Assembly (NCBI GenBank): GCA_965248575.1
Contig: CBDFJQ010000002.1
Coordinates: forward strand, 2,048,001-2,112,000
DNA length: 64,000 nucleotides
Direction: 5' to 3'
Source: Planctomycetota bacterium
Lineage (GTDB): Bacteria > Planctomycetota > B15-G4
The stretch's first letter is position 1. Each line of letters starts with the position of its first letter. Of this stretch, positions 47,344 through 56,521 are shown one piece after another. Below the pieces are notes generated by a model. It searched no databases and had not been told where the DNA came from. It was given only the letters and a program-made list of their open reading frames with translations. The translations under genes and the position numbers were made by a program.

Positions 47344-48363
47344 CTATGGGGCCGTACACGCCAACCAGCCGCGTTCCAGCTCCTGCCTGTCCAGATCCCG
47401 ACCGATGAGCTGGAGGCGTGACAAGCTGGGCATGGCGAGACGCGGGTCCTCGCCAATCTCGAACCAGCGCCCTACCACCTGCAGCACCACCGGGTGCGCC
47501 TTGTCGACGCAGCGCATGACGCCCTTGGCGCGCAGCAAATCCTGCCCGCGGCGCTCGCCCACGAAACCGATCCAGAATTTCAGCTCCTCCATGCGCAACG
47601 GAAACTCGCTCTCGAGCGTGAGGGACACCATGCCGGCCGTGTGGGCAGCATGCCCCCCCGTCTCCAGCCGCTGCTCCGCTGCTTCGAGCAGCGGCATCGG
47701 TGCGTGGGGCTGGGCGCCGCCATCCCCGAGATCGAACAGGCTGGCCACGTCCACTTCGGCACGGGTGGTCAACTGCATGGGCACGTCGGCGTTGCACGCC
47801 CGCACGGCGGCCTCGGCTGCTTTGAGTTGTTCAGGGCTGCAGCGATCCTGGTGGTTCAGGAGGATCCGGTCGGCGAAGGCCAGCTGCTCCGCGGCCTCGG
47901 GGTATTTCGCGAGCTGGCTGATCACATCCGCCGCATTGGCCACCGTCACGATGCCGTCCAGGCGCAAGGCATCGGACAGCTCTGGCATGTGCAAGGTGGC
48001 AGCTGCCGGGCCCGGGGACGCCAAGCCGGAGGCTTCGATGATCACCCGCTCGAAGCGCGTGGTGGGCAGCAGCCGTCGGTCCCTGCCCCGGACCAGGGCC
48101 GCCAGGGTGTCCAGGAGGTCACCGCGAACGGTGCAGCAGATGCAGCCGTTGGCCAGCTCCACCAATTCGTCCCGGGCCCCCACCACCAGCTGCCCGTCGA
48201 TGGGCACATCCCCGAACTCGTTCACGATCACCGCGCAGCGCTGGCCGTGTTCTTCGGAGAGGATCCGATTCAGGAGGGTGGTCTTGCCGCTTCCCAGAAA
48301 GCCTGCCAGGAGGCTGACGGGAACCCTTGGGTCAGCGGTCGAGGGGGAGGGAGGAGGGCTCAT
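47344..48363 (-). CDS. COG0523/CobW-family GTPase metallochaperone
   Basis: GFLGSGKTT, VNEFG, GCICC, IEASGLA, LLRAKG. Confidence 0.92.
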   Translation of the reverse strand: MSPPPSPSTADPRVPVSLLAGFLGSGKTTLLNRILSEEHGQRCAVIVNEFGDVPIDGQLVVGARDELVELANGCICCTVRGDLLDTLAALVRGRDRRLLPTTRFERVIIEASGLASPGPAAATLHMPELSDALRLDGIVTVANAADVISQLAKYPEAAEQLAFADRILLNHQDRCSPEQLKAAEAAVRACNADVPMQLTTRAEVDVASLFDLGDGGAQPHAPMPLLEAAEQRLETGGHAAHTAGMVSLTLESEFPLRMEELKFWIGFVGERRGQDLLRAKGVMRCVDKAHPVVLQVVGRWFEIGEDPRLAMPSLSRLQLIGRDLDRQELERGWLACTAP

Positions 48364-48508
48364 GGGGGCCGGTGATCCTCTCACGCAAGGTCCCTCCGTA
48401 CACCCTCAGATCTGCCGGCCGGGCCTGCCAACGCTTCAAAGCGTCAGGCGGCTGGCGTAGGCTGAGGCGAGTGCCGCCCGAGCCAATGACCAGGGAACGC
48501 CAGCGCTC

Positions 48509-49462
48509 ATGACCACCGCCTCGCCCGCCGCGCCACCACCCGCGGAACAGCCCAACGACATGAACTCAGACACGCCCCCCGCCAGCAGCCAGCTTGGCAA
48601 CGCCCCGAGCAGCCCGGAGGCCAGCGGCCCCCTGTCGCTGCGCCTGGCCGACTTCCCCGACAAGGAACATCTCGCGGGGCACGGCAACTGGCTCTACAAG
48701 ATCCCGTTCCGGGGCGACTACGCGGTGCTGAAGATCTACTTCGGCAACCGCAACCCGCTGCTGCACTGGAAGAAGAGCTTCGGCAACCTGTTCATCACCG
48801 GTCGCACCGGGCACCTGCCCCGCACCCGCTGCAAGGTCGAAGTGGACTGCGTGAACCTGTGGGAGAAGCACGGCTTCCCCTGCTTCGGCATGCACCCCGA
48901 GGTCACCTTCGAAGACGTGCCCGAAGGTGGCTACATGCTCTTCGACTATGTGCCGGGCATCCACTTCCGCAGCTACTTCCGGGACGAAACCGTCCCGATG
49001 GAAGAGCGCATGAAGACCTGGGAGACGTGGCTGCCCATCTGGCATCGCCGGCACAAGCTCGCCGTCGAGCTACGCGAGCCCGGGCTGATCCACGAGAACG
49101 GCGACATGAAGCACGTCATGTTGTGGAAGGGCGAGTTCGTCAACTTCGACTTCGAGATCGTCTTCCGCTCGAAGGACATCCCCGACCTGGTCGGTCGCGA
49201 GATGCTGGCTTACATGCGCAGCATCGGCAAGGCCTTCGGCGACGAGATGTACGACCGCATGATGGATGGCATCATCAAGTGGTACCCGGACAAGGCGATG
49301 CTCATGGAGGCCTATGTGCACGCCATCGAGAACCGCAATCCGATGATGCGTTTCTTCCGCGGCCTCGACCGCAAGTTCCGCAGCGCGAACAAGAAGCAGT
49401 ACAGCAAGTACAACGTCGCGATCGATCTGAAGCGTCGCTTGGACGAGGCCGCTCTCAATTAA
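48509..49462 (+). CDS. Protein-kinase-like fold protein (Kdo/InaA-like) with atypical catalytic loop
   Basis: AVLKIY lysine, alphaC E, hinge FDYVPG, loop IHENGDMKHV, NFDFE. Confidence 0.65.
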   Translation: MTTASPAAPPPAEQPNDMNSDTPPASSQLGNAPSSPEASGPLSLRLADFPDKEHLAGHGNWLYKIPFRGDYAVLKIYFGNRNPLLHWKKSFGNLFITGRTGHLPRTRCKVEVDCVNLWEKHGFPCFGMHPEVTFEDVPEGGYMLFDYVPGIHFRSYFRDETVPMEERMKTWETWLPIWHRRHKLAVELREPGLIHENGDMKHVMLWKGEFVNFDFEIVFRSKDIPDLVGREMLAYMRSIGKAFGDEMYDRMMDGIIKWYPDKAMLMEAYVHAIENRNPMMRFFRGLDRKFRSANKKQYSKYNVAIDLKRRLDEAALN

Positions 49463-49463
49463 G

Positions 49464-50297
49464 TTGGAGGCGACCGGCCGCCCGAGCAAGACACCGCCCC
49501 AGGGGAACCGGCTTTGGCGGGTGAACACCGCCACCGGACCCGTGATCCAGAAGCTCTACCGGCGGCGAACGGGTTGGCCGCGGGAGGAGCTGCGAGCGTT
49601 CTTCACGTGGCTTGCAGGGCGCAAGACATCTCCCCTGGCCCAGGGCCGCTACGAAACGGAGCGGCGCATGCTCGCCTGCTGGCGCGAGGCAGGGATCGAC
49701 GTGCCGCGCGAACTCTCGGCGGAGCACCCCGATCTGGCAGGGCGCCGCAGCCTGGTCCTGGAGTTCCTGGAGGGCCCTCTGTTGCTCCAGTTGCTCAAGC
49801 CGAAGGCCAAGACACCGGCCGCTCAACGGGACCAGCTGCTTCGGCGCTTCGGTTCCGATTGGCGAGCTCGTCACGACCTGGCCGTGCAGCGCGCGGACCC
49901 GGCGTTCATCCAGGAGCACGGCTCCCTGGCACACGTCCTGGTACAGGGCGAGCGTTTCGTCACCTTCGACCTGGAGCAGGGGTTCCGCTCCCGAGGCAGC
50001 GTGCTCCCCGTGTTGGCCAAGGAGGTCGCCGACACCCTGCGGACGCTCATGGGCCGAGGTGACCCGGCGAGCTTCCTACCAGACCTCGCATCCCTTGTGA
50101 GCGGCTACGGTGACCGGGAACGCCTGCACAGCGTCATCGACTACTACCTGCGACCGCAATATCTAGCGCATCGCCTCGCCTGGCGCTTCGATCGGTGGCG
50201 GGAGAAGAAGCTGGGGCGCAGGGCGAGCAAGTACGCTGCCCTGGAGGAGTTGGAAGCTGTTCTGCGCGCCACCCAGGGTCCGGTGAGCGACCAGTGA
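49464..50297 (+). CDS. Second kinase-like fold protein, paralogue of the preceding gene
   Basis: VIQKLY, LEFLEG, W..RH.LAV....P..I, IQEHGSLAHV, TFDLE and SKY segments shared with 48509-49462; TTG start 1 nt after the upstream stop. Confidence 0.65.
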   Translation: MEATGRPSKTPPQGNRLWRVNTATGPVIQKLYRRRTGWPREELRAFFTWLAGRKTSPLAQGRYETERRMLACWREAGIDVPRELSAEHPDLAGRRSLVLEFLEGPLLLQLLKPKAKTPAAQRDQLLRRFGSDWRARHDLAVQRADPAFIQEHGSLAHVLVQGERFVTFDLEQGFRSRGSVLPVLAKEVADTLRTLMGRGDPASFLPDLASLVSGYGDRERLHSVIDYYLRPQYLAHRLAWRFDRWREKKLGRRASKYAALEELEAVLRATQGPVSDQ

Positions 50298-50393
50298 GCA
50301 CCCAGTCAGCGCAACGGGCCCCGTTCGCGAACCGCCCCCCCACCGCGCAAACTGAGGTTGCGAGGCGCAGGCCGCGCCGATAGCTTGAGCGCC

Positions 50394-51371
50394 ATGAGCG
50401 CCCCACCGACAGAAAGCGCGCAACCCGCCCCGGGCGAGGCGGCGGCGCACGCACCTCGCCGCGATCAACGAGCTCCGTCCAGGTCCCGCGACTGGTTCCT
50501 GGGCTGGGGCTGGTGGCTCAAGGAACACCTGCTCCCGGCCTACATCTCCGAGAGCTCCCCGATCCTGGTGGGCGGCTGCGGCCGCAGCGGGACGACGCTC
50601 CTGCAGGTCATCATGGATGCTCATCCGGACCTCTGCTGCGTCCGGGAGAGCAGTATCTTCCACCTCGGCAAGCTGGACACCTCCAAGCTGGCCAACCGCT
50701 TGGGCCTGCCCATCGAACGGGTCCGTGAGCTCGCCGACGAGAGCCCGCGCCACGCGCAGTTCGTCGAGCGCGTCTGCGGTGAGTACGCAGCGCGCATGCA
50801 CAAGCCCCGCTGGGCAGACAAGAGCCCGCGCAACGTGCGTCGCCTGGGCTACATCTTCAAGCATTTCCCCAAGGCGCGCTTCGTGCATCTCCTGCGGGAT
50901 GGCAGGGATGCTGCCTGCTCCCTGCGCACCCACCCCAAGTACAAACGCATCGACGGTGAGCTGGTGGAGGTCGGCACCTGGAAGCGCTTCGAGGGCTGCG
51001 CCCAGCGCTGGCAAGACGATGTGCATGAAGGCCTGGCCTGGCGCGGGCACCCCGGCTACCTGGAACTGCGCTACGAGGATCTCGTCAGCGAGCCCGAGCA
51101 GCACCTGCGGACGCTCTTCGAGTTTCTCGGCGCGCCCTGGACTCCAGACGTCCTGGAGTACCACCGGGTCGATCAGCGTTCCCACAAGGACCCCGGCTTC
51201 GAGAAGCCGCTTTTTCGCTCGTCCATCGGACGCTGGCGGGAGAACATGTCGCCAGAAGACGGCGCCACCTTCCTGCGCATCGCCGGCGAGCAACTCAAGC
51301 TGCTCGGCTACGCCCAGGACGACGACTGGATCCAAGAACTCACGGCAGGCAACGGGAAACCTCGACGATGA
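50394..51371 (+). CDS. PAPS-dependent sulfotransferase
   Basis: 5'-PSB GCGRSGTT, WADKSP, 3'-PB RDGRD...S, LRYEDLV, SIGRW. Confidence 0.9.
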   Translation: MSAPPTESAQPAPGEAAAHAPRRDQRAPSRSRDWFLGWGWWLKEHLLPAYISESSPILVGGCGRSGTTLLQVIMDAHPDLCCVRESSIFHLGKLDTSKLANRLGLPIERVRELADESPRHAQFVERVCGEYAARMHKPRWADKSPRNVRRLGYIFKHFPKARFVHLLRDGRDAACSLRTHPKYKRIDGELVEVGTWKRFEGCAQRWQDDVHEGLAWRGHPGYLELRYEDLVSEPEQHLRTLFEFLGAPWTPDVLEYHRVDQRSHKDPGFEKPLFRSSIGRWRENMSPEDGATFLRIAGEQLKLLGYAQDDDWIQELTAGNGKPRR

Positions 51372-52276
51372 CCACACCCTGGCAGGCGAAGGCCCTCGAC
51401 TATGTGAAGCGACCCGGATACGCCATGCGCGCGCAACGTGTGGACGTCAACAAGGTCGAAAGCACCGTCATGGCCTTGGGGCCCAACCGCAACATGACGA
51501 CCCTGACGGCGAGCTTGATTGCGTTGCACCCCAACTGCCAGGTCCTCAACAACGCAGGGTACAGGCACATGGTGCACGCCGAAGCGCTGCTCGCCAACCC
51601 GACCAAGGACGAGTACCAGCGCTTCGTGCGCTCGGCCATCTACAAGTCCCAAGGCGGCCGTCGGGGCCACTACGGGGGGACCATCACCCTCTCCCACGCC
51701 TTCGACCGCCCGGCCGTTCGTGACGCCTACGAGTCACGTTTCGGCAAGTCGGTCCTGAAGAAGGACGTCCGCTGCCTGTACTGGAAGAGCGCCGTCCAGC
51801 TCACGGCGATGATCCGCGCGAAGGGCATCGACCTCTCGGAGGTCGTGGCGAAGAACGACAAGATCCGTTTCCTGATGCCCATCAGGAACCCCCTCGACTG
51901 CGCCATGTCGAACTACCGGCTGGGGCACTACAAGCACTTCCCGGAAGTGAACGGGCAGCCCATCGAGAAGGTCGTCGACTTCTTCGTGGAGCTCGTCGCC
52001 TGGTTCCTCGACAACCGCGCCAAGCACCCCGACAACTTCTTCTGCTACTTCCAGTCCGAGTTTGATCGGCAGACCTTGCTCGACCTGGCGGCCTTCCTGA
52101 AGTCACCTGCGGACGAGACCTGGATCAACAGCTGCCTCGAGTCACGTCTCAAGGGCAAGCCGTACGAGTACGCGCCCGGCATGGTGGACTCCTACCGCGC
52201 GTCGATCAAAAAGCACCTCGGCGCACACCCGGAGGCGGCGGCCACGCTCAACGGTATGGTCCCCGCCGAGAGCTGA
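51368..52276 (+). CDS. Divergent sulfotransferase-like protein
   Basis: LGPNRNMTTL..SL...HP (altered PSB loop), IRNPLD..MS; ATGA overlap with the upstream sulfotransferase. Confidence 0.6.
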   Translation: MTTPWQAKALDYVKRPGYAMRAQRVDVNKVESTVMALGPNRNMTTLTASLIALHPNCQVLNNAGYRHMVHAEALLANPTKDEYQRFVRSAIYKSQGGRRGHYGGTITLSHAFDRPAVRDAYESRFGKSVLKKDVRCLYWKSAVQLTAMIRAKGIDLSEVVAKNDKIRFLMPIRNPLDCAMSNYRLGHYKHFPEVNGQPIEKVVDFFVELVAWFLDNRAKHPDNFFCYFQSEFDRQTLLDLAAFLKSPADETWINSCLESRLKGKPYEYAPGMVDSYRASIKKHLGAHPEAAATLNGMVPAES

Positions 52277-52479
52277 GTTGCGCGCAGCGCAGAGCCCATC
52301 ATCACCGGCAAGTCCCCTACCAGCACCCGGGCGTTCTTGATGGAACCGTCCGGCAACTCCAGGCGCTCCTGCTCCACAGCATCGAAGGCCCGCTTCAGGA
52401 ACTCCAGCTGCGCCGACAGGTCCTCCACCAAGAGGTCGGGCGTGATCGTGTGAAAACCCTCGGGGACGGCTTGGACCAT
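52277..52479 (-). pseudogene. Truncated VOC/PhnB-like glyoxalase gene (N-terminal half only)
   Basis: MVQAVPEGFHTITPDLLV...LEFLKRAFDAVE..RL..PDGSI..A...VGD..VMM; similarity ends where the frame runs into the convergent sulfotransferase-like gene. Confidence 0.65.
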
Positions 52480-52577
52480 GGTTGGGCTCGGAAGAGGGCG
52501 GGATGGAATGCGTCAACCAGCGCAGGGCCGCCCGCACCCGGGCGACCCCGCGCCATCTAGTTCACGTATCCAATCAA

Positions 52578-52599
52578 TAGTTAACGATTGCGTTAACTA
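52578..52599. promoter_or_regulatory. Perfect AT-rich palindrome, candidate operator
   Basis: TAGTTAACG-ATTG-CGTTAACTA, ~100 bp upstream of the VOC fragment. Confidence 0.55.
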
Positions 52600-52646
52600 A
52601 CATCAGCGCCTGATCGCGCGTCCTCGAGCTGCTCACCATCAACCCT

Positions 52647-52667
52647 GGGGCGCGTTCGAAGCGCCCC
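52647..52667 (-). terminator. GC hairpin just after the stop of the 149-aa gene
   Basis: GGGGCGC-N7-GCGCCCC, 7 nt past the stop at 52675; no U-tract. Confidence 0.35.
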
Positions 52668-52674
52668 GCGGGCC

Positions 52675-53124
52675 TCAAGCTTGAGACAGGCTCCACTGCA
52701 GCCCCATGTTGAGCTTGGGGTTCGCGGTTTGCCCCAGAGGGTCGGGGATCGACCAGGGCGCCCCGCCGAGCGTCAGATTCATCGCATAGAAACAGATGCG
52801 CTGGCCGAGCTCATACGTGTAGTGACATTCTTCTGGACCATCTCCAGCAATCGCAAAGTCAGGTAGCTCCGGATTGCGAGCCTCTCGGGCTGAGTTCAGA
52901 GCGTCGATCTTGCTCTGGGCGTAGTCCATGAGTGCAGCTTTCGGAATCGTACCGTCATCCTCCACCGTGATGGTCGCTGCGCCCCACTCAGCAAGGACCG
53001 TCGAAGGGATCTGCGTGTAGGCCTCCTCTTGGACAGCCAGCGTGCATTCGATCGACGGTGGATTCAGGACATCGAGGTTGGCCCAGCTGACGGAAATCAC
53101 GCAACGGATGGAAAGAGTGCTCAT
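52675..53124 (-). CDS. Hypothetical protein (149 aa)
   Basis: AGAGGA ribosome-binding site before ATG; protein-like composition; directly downstream of the kinase. Confidence 0.65.
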   Translation of the reverse strand: MSTLSIRCVISVSWANLDVLNPPSIECTLAVQEEAYTQIPSTVLAEWGAATITVEDDGTIPKAALMDYAQSKIDALNSAREARNPELPDFAIAGDGPEECHYTYELGQRICFYAMNLTLGGAPWSIPDPLGQTANPKLNMGLQWSLSQA

Positions 53125-53163
53125 GCAGCGATCCTCTTGAGGGGGAAAGACAATCGGAGACAG

Positions 53164-55782
53164 CTAGGGCCCCATGCTCTTCACGCAACGAATGCCAACC
53201 GAAGGGCTACGGTTGTCCTGAGGAGCTCCGGAATGCTCCTCAAACGAGAGGATTGGACCTCGCGCCTGCCAGCTCTCGCCCTTGATGACGCGGTGACCGA
53301 CCTCGGGGCGTACGGTCCCGTCACCCGAGATCATCAAGTTGAACGTTGACGTCCACTCGCAGACGTTGCCGAAGAGATGACGCACTCCGAACTCGTTCAC
53401 GTCCTCGAGTGCTTGGTCCGCGGTGGCCATCACGCCGGGCAGATTGTCGGCTAGCCAGGAGAAATAGCTCTCATGGCTGTCAGACAGAAACACTGCGCGA
53501 TTCACATTGGCCCGTTGTGCGACGTCAGTTCTGTCGTCTCCCCATGGGTAGAGACGCCCAAGCGGACCACGCGCAGCCAATTCCCACTCCGCCAAGGTGG
53601 GTAGGCGCTTTCCGATCCAGCGAGCATAGGCGGTCGCTTCATCGAAGGTGACCCGAACGATGGGCAGATCGTCCAACGCGCGGTTGTAGTCCTCGTCCCA
53701 CACGCCGTCGCCGTCTCGATCGAACTCAGACATCGGGCGCGCTCCCGTCGCGTCGACGAAGGCCTTGTATTGCACCGTCGTCACCTCGTCCCGATCCATG
53801 AGAAAGTCGGCAACCTCCACCACTCCGAAGTCCTTGCGGGAGCCCGCTGGCCCCTTGCCAACGCGGATGCGCGCACCGGAAATGCGAACCATGGGAGGAT
53901 CCTCCGCGAGCACTTCGGCCACGATCCGAGCTCTCAGATCCAGCACGTAGCTCCCGCGCAGTGCGAGCAACTCCATGTCCGCCTCGGCGACACGCCCTGC
54001 CGTGTCCCGCGTGAACACGCGATACGCCCCCAGCGGAAGCGCCACATCCTCAAGGGGTGTGACACCACTCAGCCGCTGCTCATCGCCCAAGGCAAACGGA
54101 GCCATGGCTACGGGGAAGACTGACACCTCCGCACCGGGCGGGTCGGTGGTGATGGACAGCCTCGGATGCCACGACTCTGGAACTGCCAGCGCCGCAAGCT
54201 CTTCGTCCTCGGGCACGAGGGTCGATGCGGACATCAGCAGACCAATGCCTTGCTGTAGGGCAGAATTTGCCTCCCACGCAGAGAGGTTCGGCACGCTCAC
54301 CAGCAGCTCCTCTGCCCGCAGTCTGGCCCGAGTAGCACGAGCGCAGACGCGCTTGTCCAGGGCCCTCAAGCCTGCAAGAGCCGGCTCCTTCAAGCCGAAG
54401 TCATCCCCCATCAACTCCCGGATGTTCTCCCTACACTTCACCAGCGCCGGTACCGGCTGGAGCTCCAAAGCCGCATCTTCCAACGCCATGATTTGCTGCA
54501 GGGGCTCCAGCAGTACTTCACGTCGGTCCAACAACGCCGAGGCCCCTTGAATCCAGCTGGTGGCCACGACCGCGAGAGCGAGGGTCAGACCCACGACCAG
54601 GGGCACCCGATGCCGCCTCGCCCGGCGCACGACGCGGTCCGCCAGCGTGGGCGCCCGCGCGAGGATCGGCTGGTAGCTGAGAAAGCGGCGCAGATCGTCG
54701 CCGAAGTCACGCGCCGAGAGATAGCGCTTGTCGCGATCCTTCTCGAGCGCCTTCATGCACACGATGCGCAGGTCGCGCGGCACGTGAGGGTTCAACATCT
54801 CGATCGCCGCGGGCTCGTCATCGCGAATGGCGTTCAGCACCGAGTCGCGTGTTGCCCCGTCGAAGGGGCGCTCCCGCGTGAGCAGCTCGTACAACACGAC
54901 ACCCAGCGAGTAGACATCCGTGCGAGCGTCCAGCTGCGTCGACTCGATGCGCGCCTGCTCGGGGCTCATGTAGTAGGGCGTACCCACCGCATGGTCCGTC
55001 ATCAGCAGGTTCTCGAGCTGGAGGTCCTTGGCGACCCCGAAGTCGACGACCTTGGGTTCGCCGTCCTCGGTCAGCAGGATGTTGCCGGGCTTGACGTCGC
55101 GGTGGATGATGCCGTGCTCATGGCTGTGCTGAAGCGCCTCCGAGACCGCGGCGAGCAGCTTCGCCACGCGCGCGGGATAGCCTGCCTCCAGAGGAGCCAA
55201 GAGCTCCGCCAGATCCTTGGCAGACCGCCCGCAGTCCCGCCCGCGCATGGCATCCAACACGTCACGCAGGCTGGCACCCTCGACGAATTCCATGGCGAAG
55301 AAGTACGTGCCCTGGTCCTCGCCCACCGTGAACACCTTGACGATGTTCGGGTGGTTCATGCGCGCTGTGGCGGTGGCCTCCAGCCGAAAGCGCTCCACAC
55401 CCTTGGCCGACCAGGACGCATGGGACTGCAGCTTCTTGAGGGCCACCTCTCGGCTGAGGGACTTCTGTCGCGCGCGGAACACGACGCCCATGGCCCCGTG
55501 CCCCACCTGCTCGATGATCTCGAAGTCCTCCAGGGAGTTGTTCGAGCTGCTGGAGCCGCTCACACCTGCGCCAGCCCCTAGACCACTCCCGAGCTCCAAG
55601 AGGGCCGGCGGCGGTTCGAAGAGTCCGTCCTCTCCCTCCGCTTCCAGCAAGATTCGCTGGACCGCCTCCAGCAAGGCCTCGTTCCCGCCCGCAGCCTCTT
55701 TCAGGAAGTCCTCACGCGCAGTTCCCGAGCGCTCCAACGCCTGCTCGACAATCCGCTCGATCTGCTCCCAGCGTTCGCTCAT
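53164..55782 (-). CDS. Membrane Ser/Thr protein kinase with C-terminal PEGA-like and FGE/SUMF1-like domains
   Basis: GHGAMGVV, VALK, HRDVKPGN, DFGVAK, GTPYYMSPEQ; one TM; EVT..QY..F, RLPTLAEWELAARG, YPWG, GNVCEW, GIRC; ATG 55782 overlaps the ECF stop. Confidence 0.92.
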   Translation of the reverse strand: MSERWEQIERIVEQALERSGTAREDFLKEAAGGNEALLEAVQRILLEAEGEDGLFEPPPALLELGSGLGAGAGVSGSSSSNNSLEDFEIIEQVGHGAMGVVFRARQKSLSREVALKKLQSHASWSAKGVERFRLEATATARMNHPNIVKVFTVGEDQGTYFFAMEFVEGASLRDVLDAMRGRDCGRSAKDLAELLAPLEAGYPARVAKLLAAVSEALQHSHEHGIIHRDVKPGNILLTEDGEPKVVDFGVAKDLQLENLLMTDHAVGTPYYMSPEQARIESTQLDARTDVYSLGVVLYELLTRERPFDGATRDSVLNAIRDDEPAAIEMLNPHVPRDLRIVCMKALEKDRDKRYLSARDFGDDLRRFLSYQPILARAPTLADRVVRRARRHRVPLVVGLTLALAVVATSWIQGASALLDRREVLLEPLQQIMALEDAALELQPVPALVKCRENIRELMGDDFGLKEPALAGLRALDKRVCARATRARLRAEELLVSVPNLSAWEANSALQQGIGLLMSASTLVPEDEELAALAVPESWHPRLSITTDPPGAEVSVFPVAMAPFALGDEQRLSGVTPLEDVALPLGAYRVFTRDTAGRVAEADMELLALRGSYVLDLRARIVAEVLAEDPPMVRISGARIRVGKGPAGSRKDFGVVEVADFLMDRDEVTTVQYKAFVDATGARPMSEFDRDGDGVWDEDYNRALDDLPIVRVTFDEATAYARWIGKRLPTLAEWELAARGPLGRLYPWGDDRTDVAQRANVNRAVFLSDSHESYFSWLADNLPGVMATADQALEDVNEFGVRHLFGNVCEWTSTFNLMISGDGTVRPEVGHRVIKGESWQARGPILSFEEHSGAPQDNRSPSVGIRCVKSMGP

Positions 55783-56381
55783 TTGCAGCGCCTCCGGAGC
55801 CAATCCTTGGCCACCCCCCAGGCGGTGCGGATCCGGCCGGGAGACTCATCCAACAAGGAGGCGATCTCCGGGAAACTGAGGCCCATGATGACGTGCAGCT
55901 GCGTGACCTCCCAGGCCAGGCTGTTCTCCTCCCGCAGGCACTCCACGAGGTCTTCGTAGTCCACCAGCTGCATGCTGTTGTTGGAGTATCCGTCCACCAG
56001 GTCGTCGAGGAAGGTGCGTTCCCCCAAGGGTCGGCGCTTCTCACGGTTGCGCTCCCGAGCGTAGTCCACCAGCACCCGCTGCATTGCCAGCGAACAACGC
56101 ACGAAGAAGTGCTTCAGCGATTTGAAGTGGGTCTCGCGGTCCGGGTTGCCGAACACACGCAGGAAGGCTTCGTTCACGAGCGCTGTCGTCTGCAGCGTGT
56201 GGTCCTTGCGCTCGCCATACATGTAGACACGTGCGAGGTCCCGCATGCGTTGCGAAACCTGGGGAAACACGGCGCGTGCAGCCTCGCTGTCGCCCCTTCG
56301 GAGCTCGAGCACGAGCTGTTCCAATTCCTCGAACTCAGGATCCAAGAACCCTGTCTGTTCCTTCTTTCCTTCTTCGACCAT
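55779..56381 (-). CDS. ECF sigma factor, TIGR02999 (planctomycete STK-associated) type
   Basis: ERKDHTLQTTALVNEAFLR, HFF...AMQRVLVDYAR...REKR, W..AKDWL. Confidence 0.88.
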   Translation of the reverse strand: MVEEGKKEQTGFLDPEFEELEQLVLELRRGDSEAARAVFPQVSQRMRDLARVYMYGERKDHTLQTTALVNEAFLRVFGNPDRETHFKSLKHFFVRCSLAMQRVLVDYARERNREKRRPLGERTFLDDLVDGYSNNSMQLVDYEDLVECLREENSLAWEVTQLHVIMGLSFPEIASLLDESPGRIRTAWGVAKDWLRRRCK

Positions 56382-56521
56382 CTCGTCACTTGTCTCGCGT
56401 GCCGGATCACGGAGCGGGCGACGCTTACCCACCTCTTCGTACCGCAGTGTAACCGGTGCATTCCTGCGCGGGGAGACGCAATCTCCACGTTGGCGCTGGA
56501 GTTCTGCGACGTCCCGTCAAA

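Noticed and set aside
2544..55581. Many 200-500 aa alternative-frame ORFs (e.g. 2544-3821, 8728-10107, 18099-19586, 45301-46608, 54493-55581)
   Set aside because: Expected in high-GC DNA; each overlaps a gene with clear family motifs and shows none of its own.
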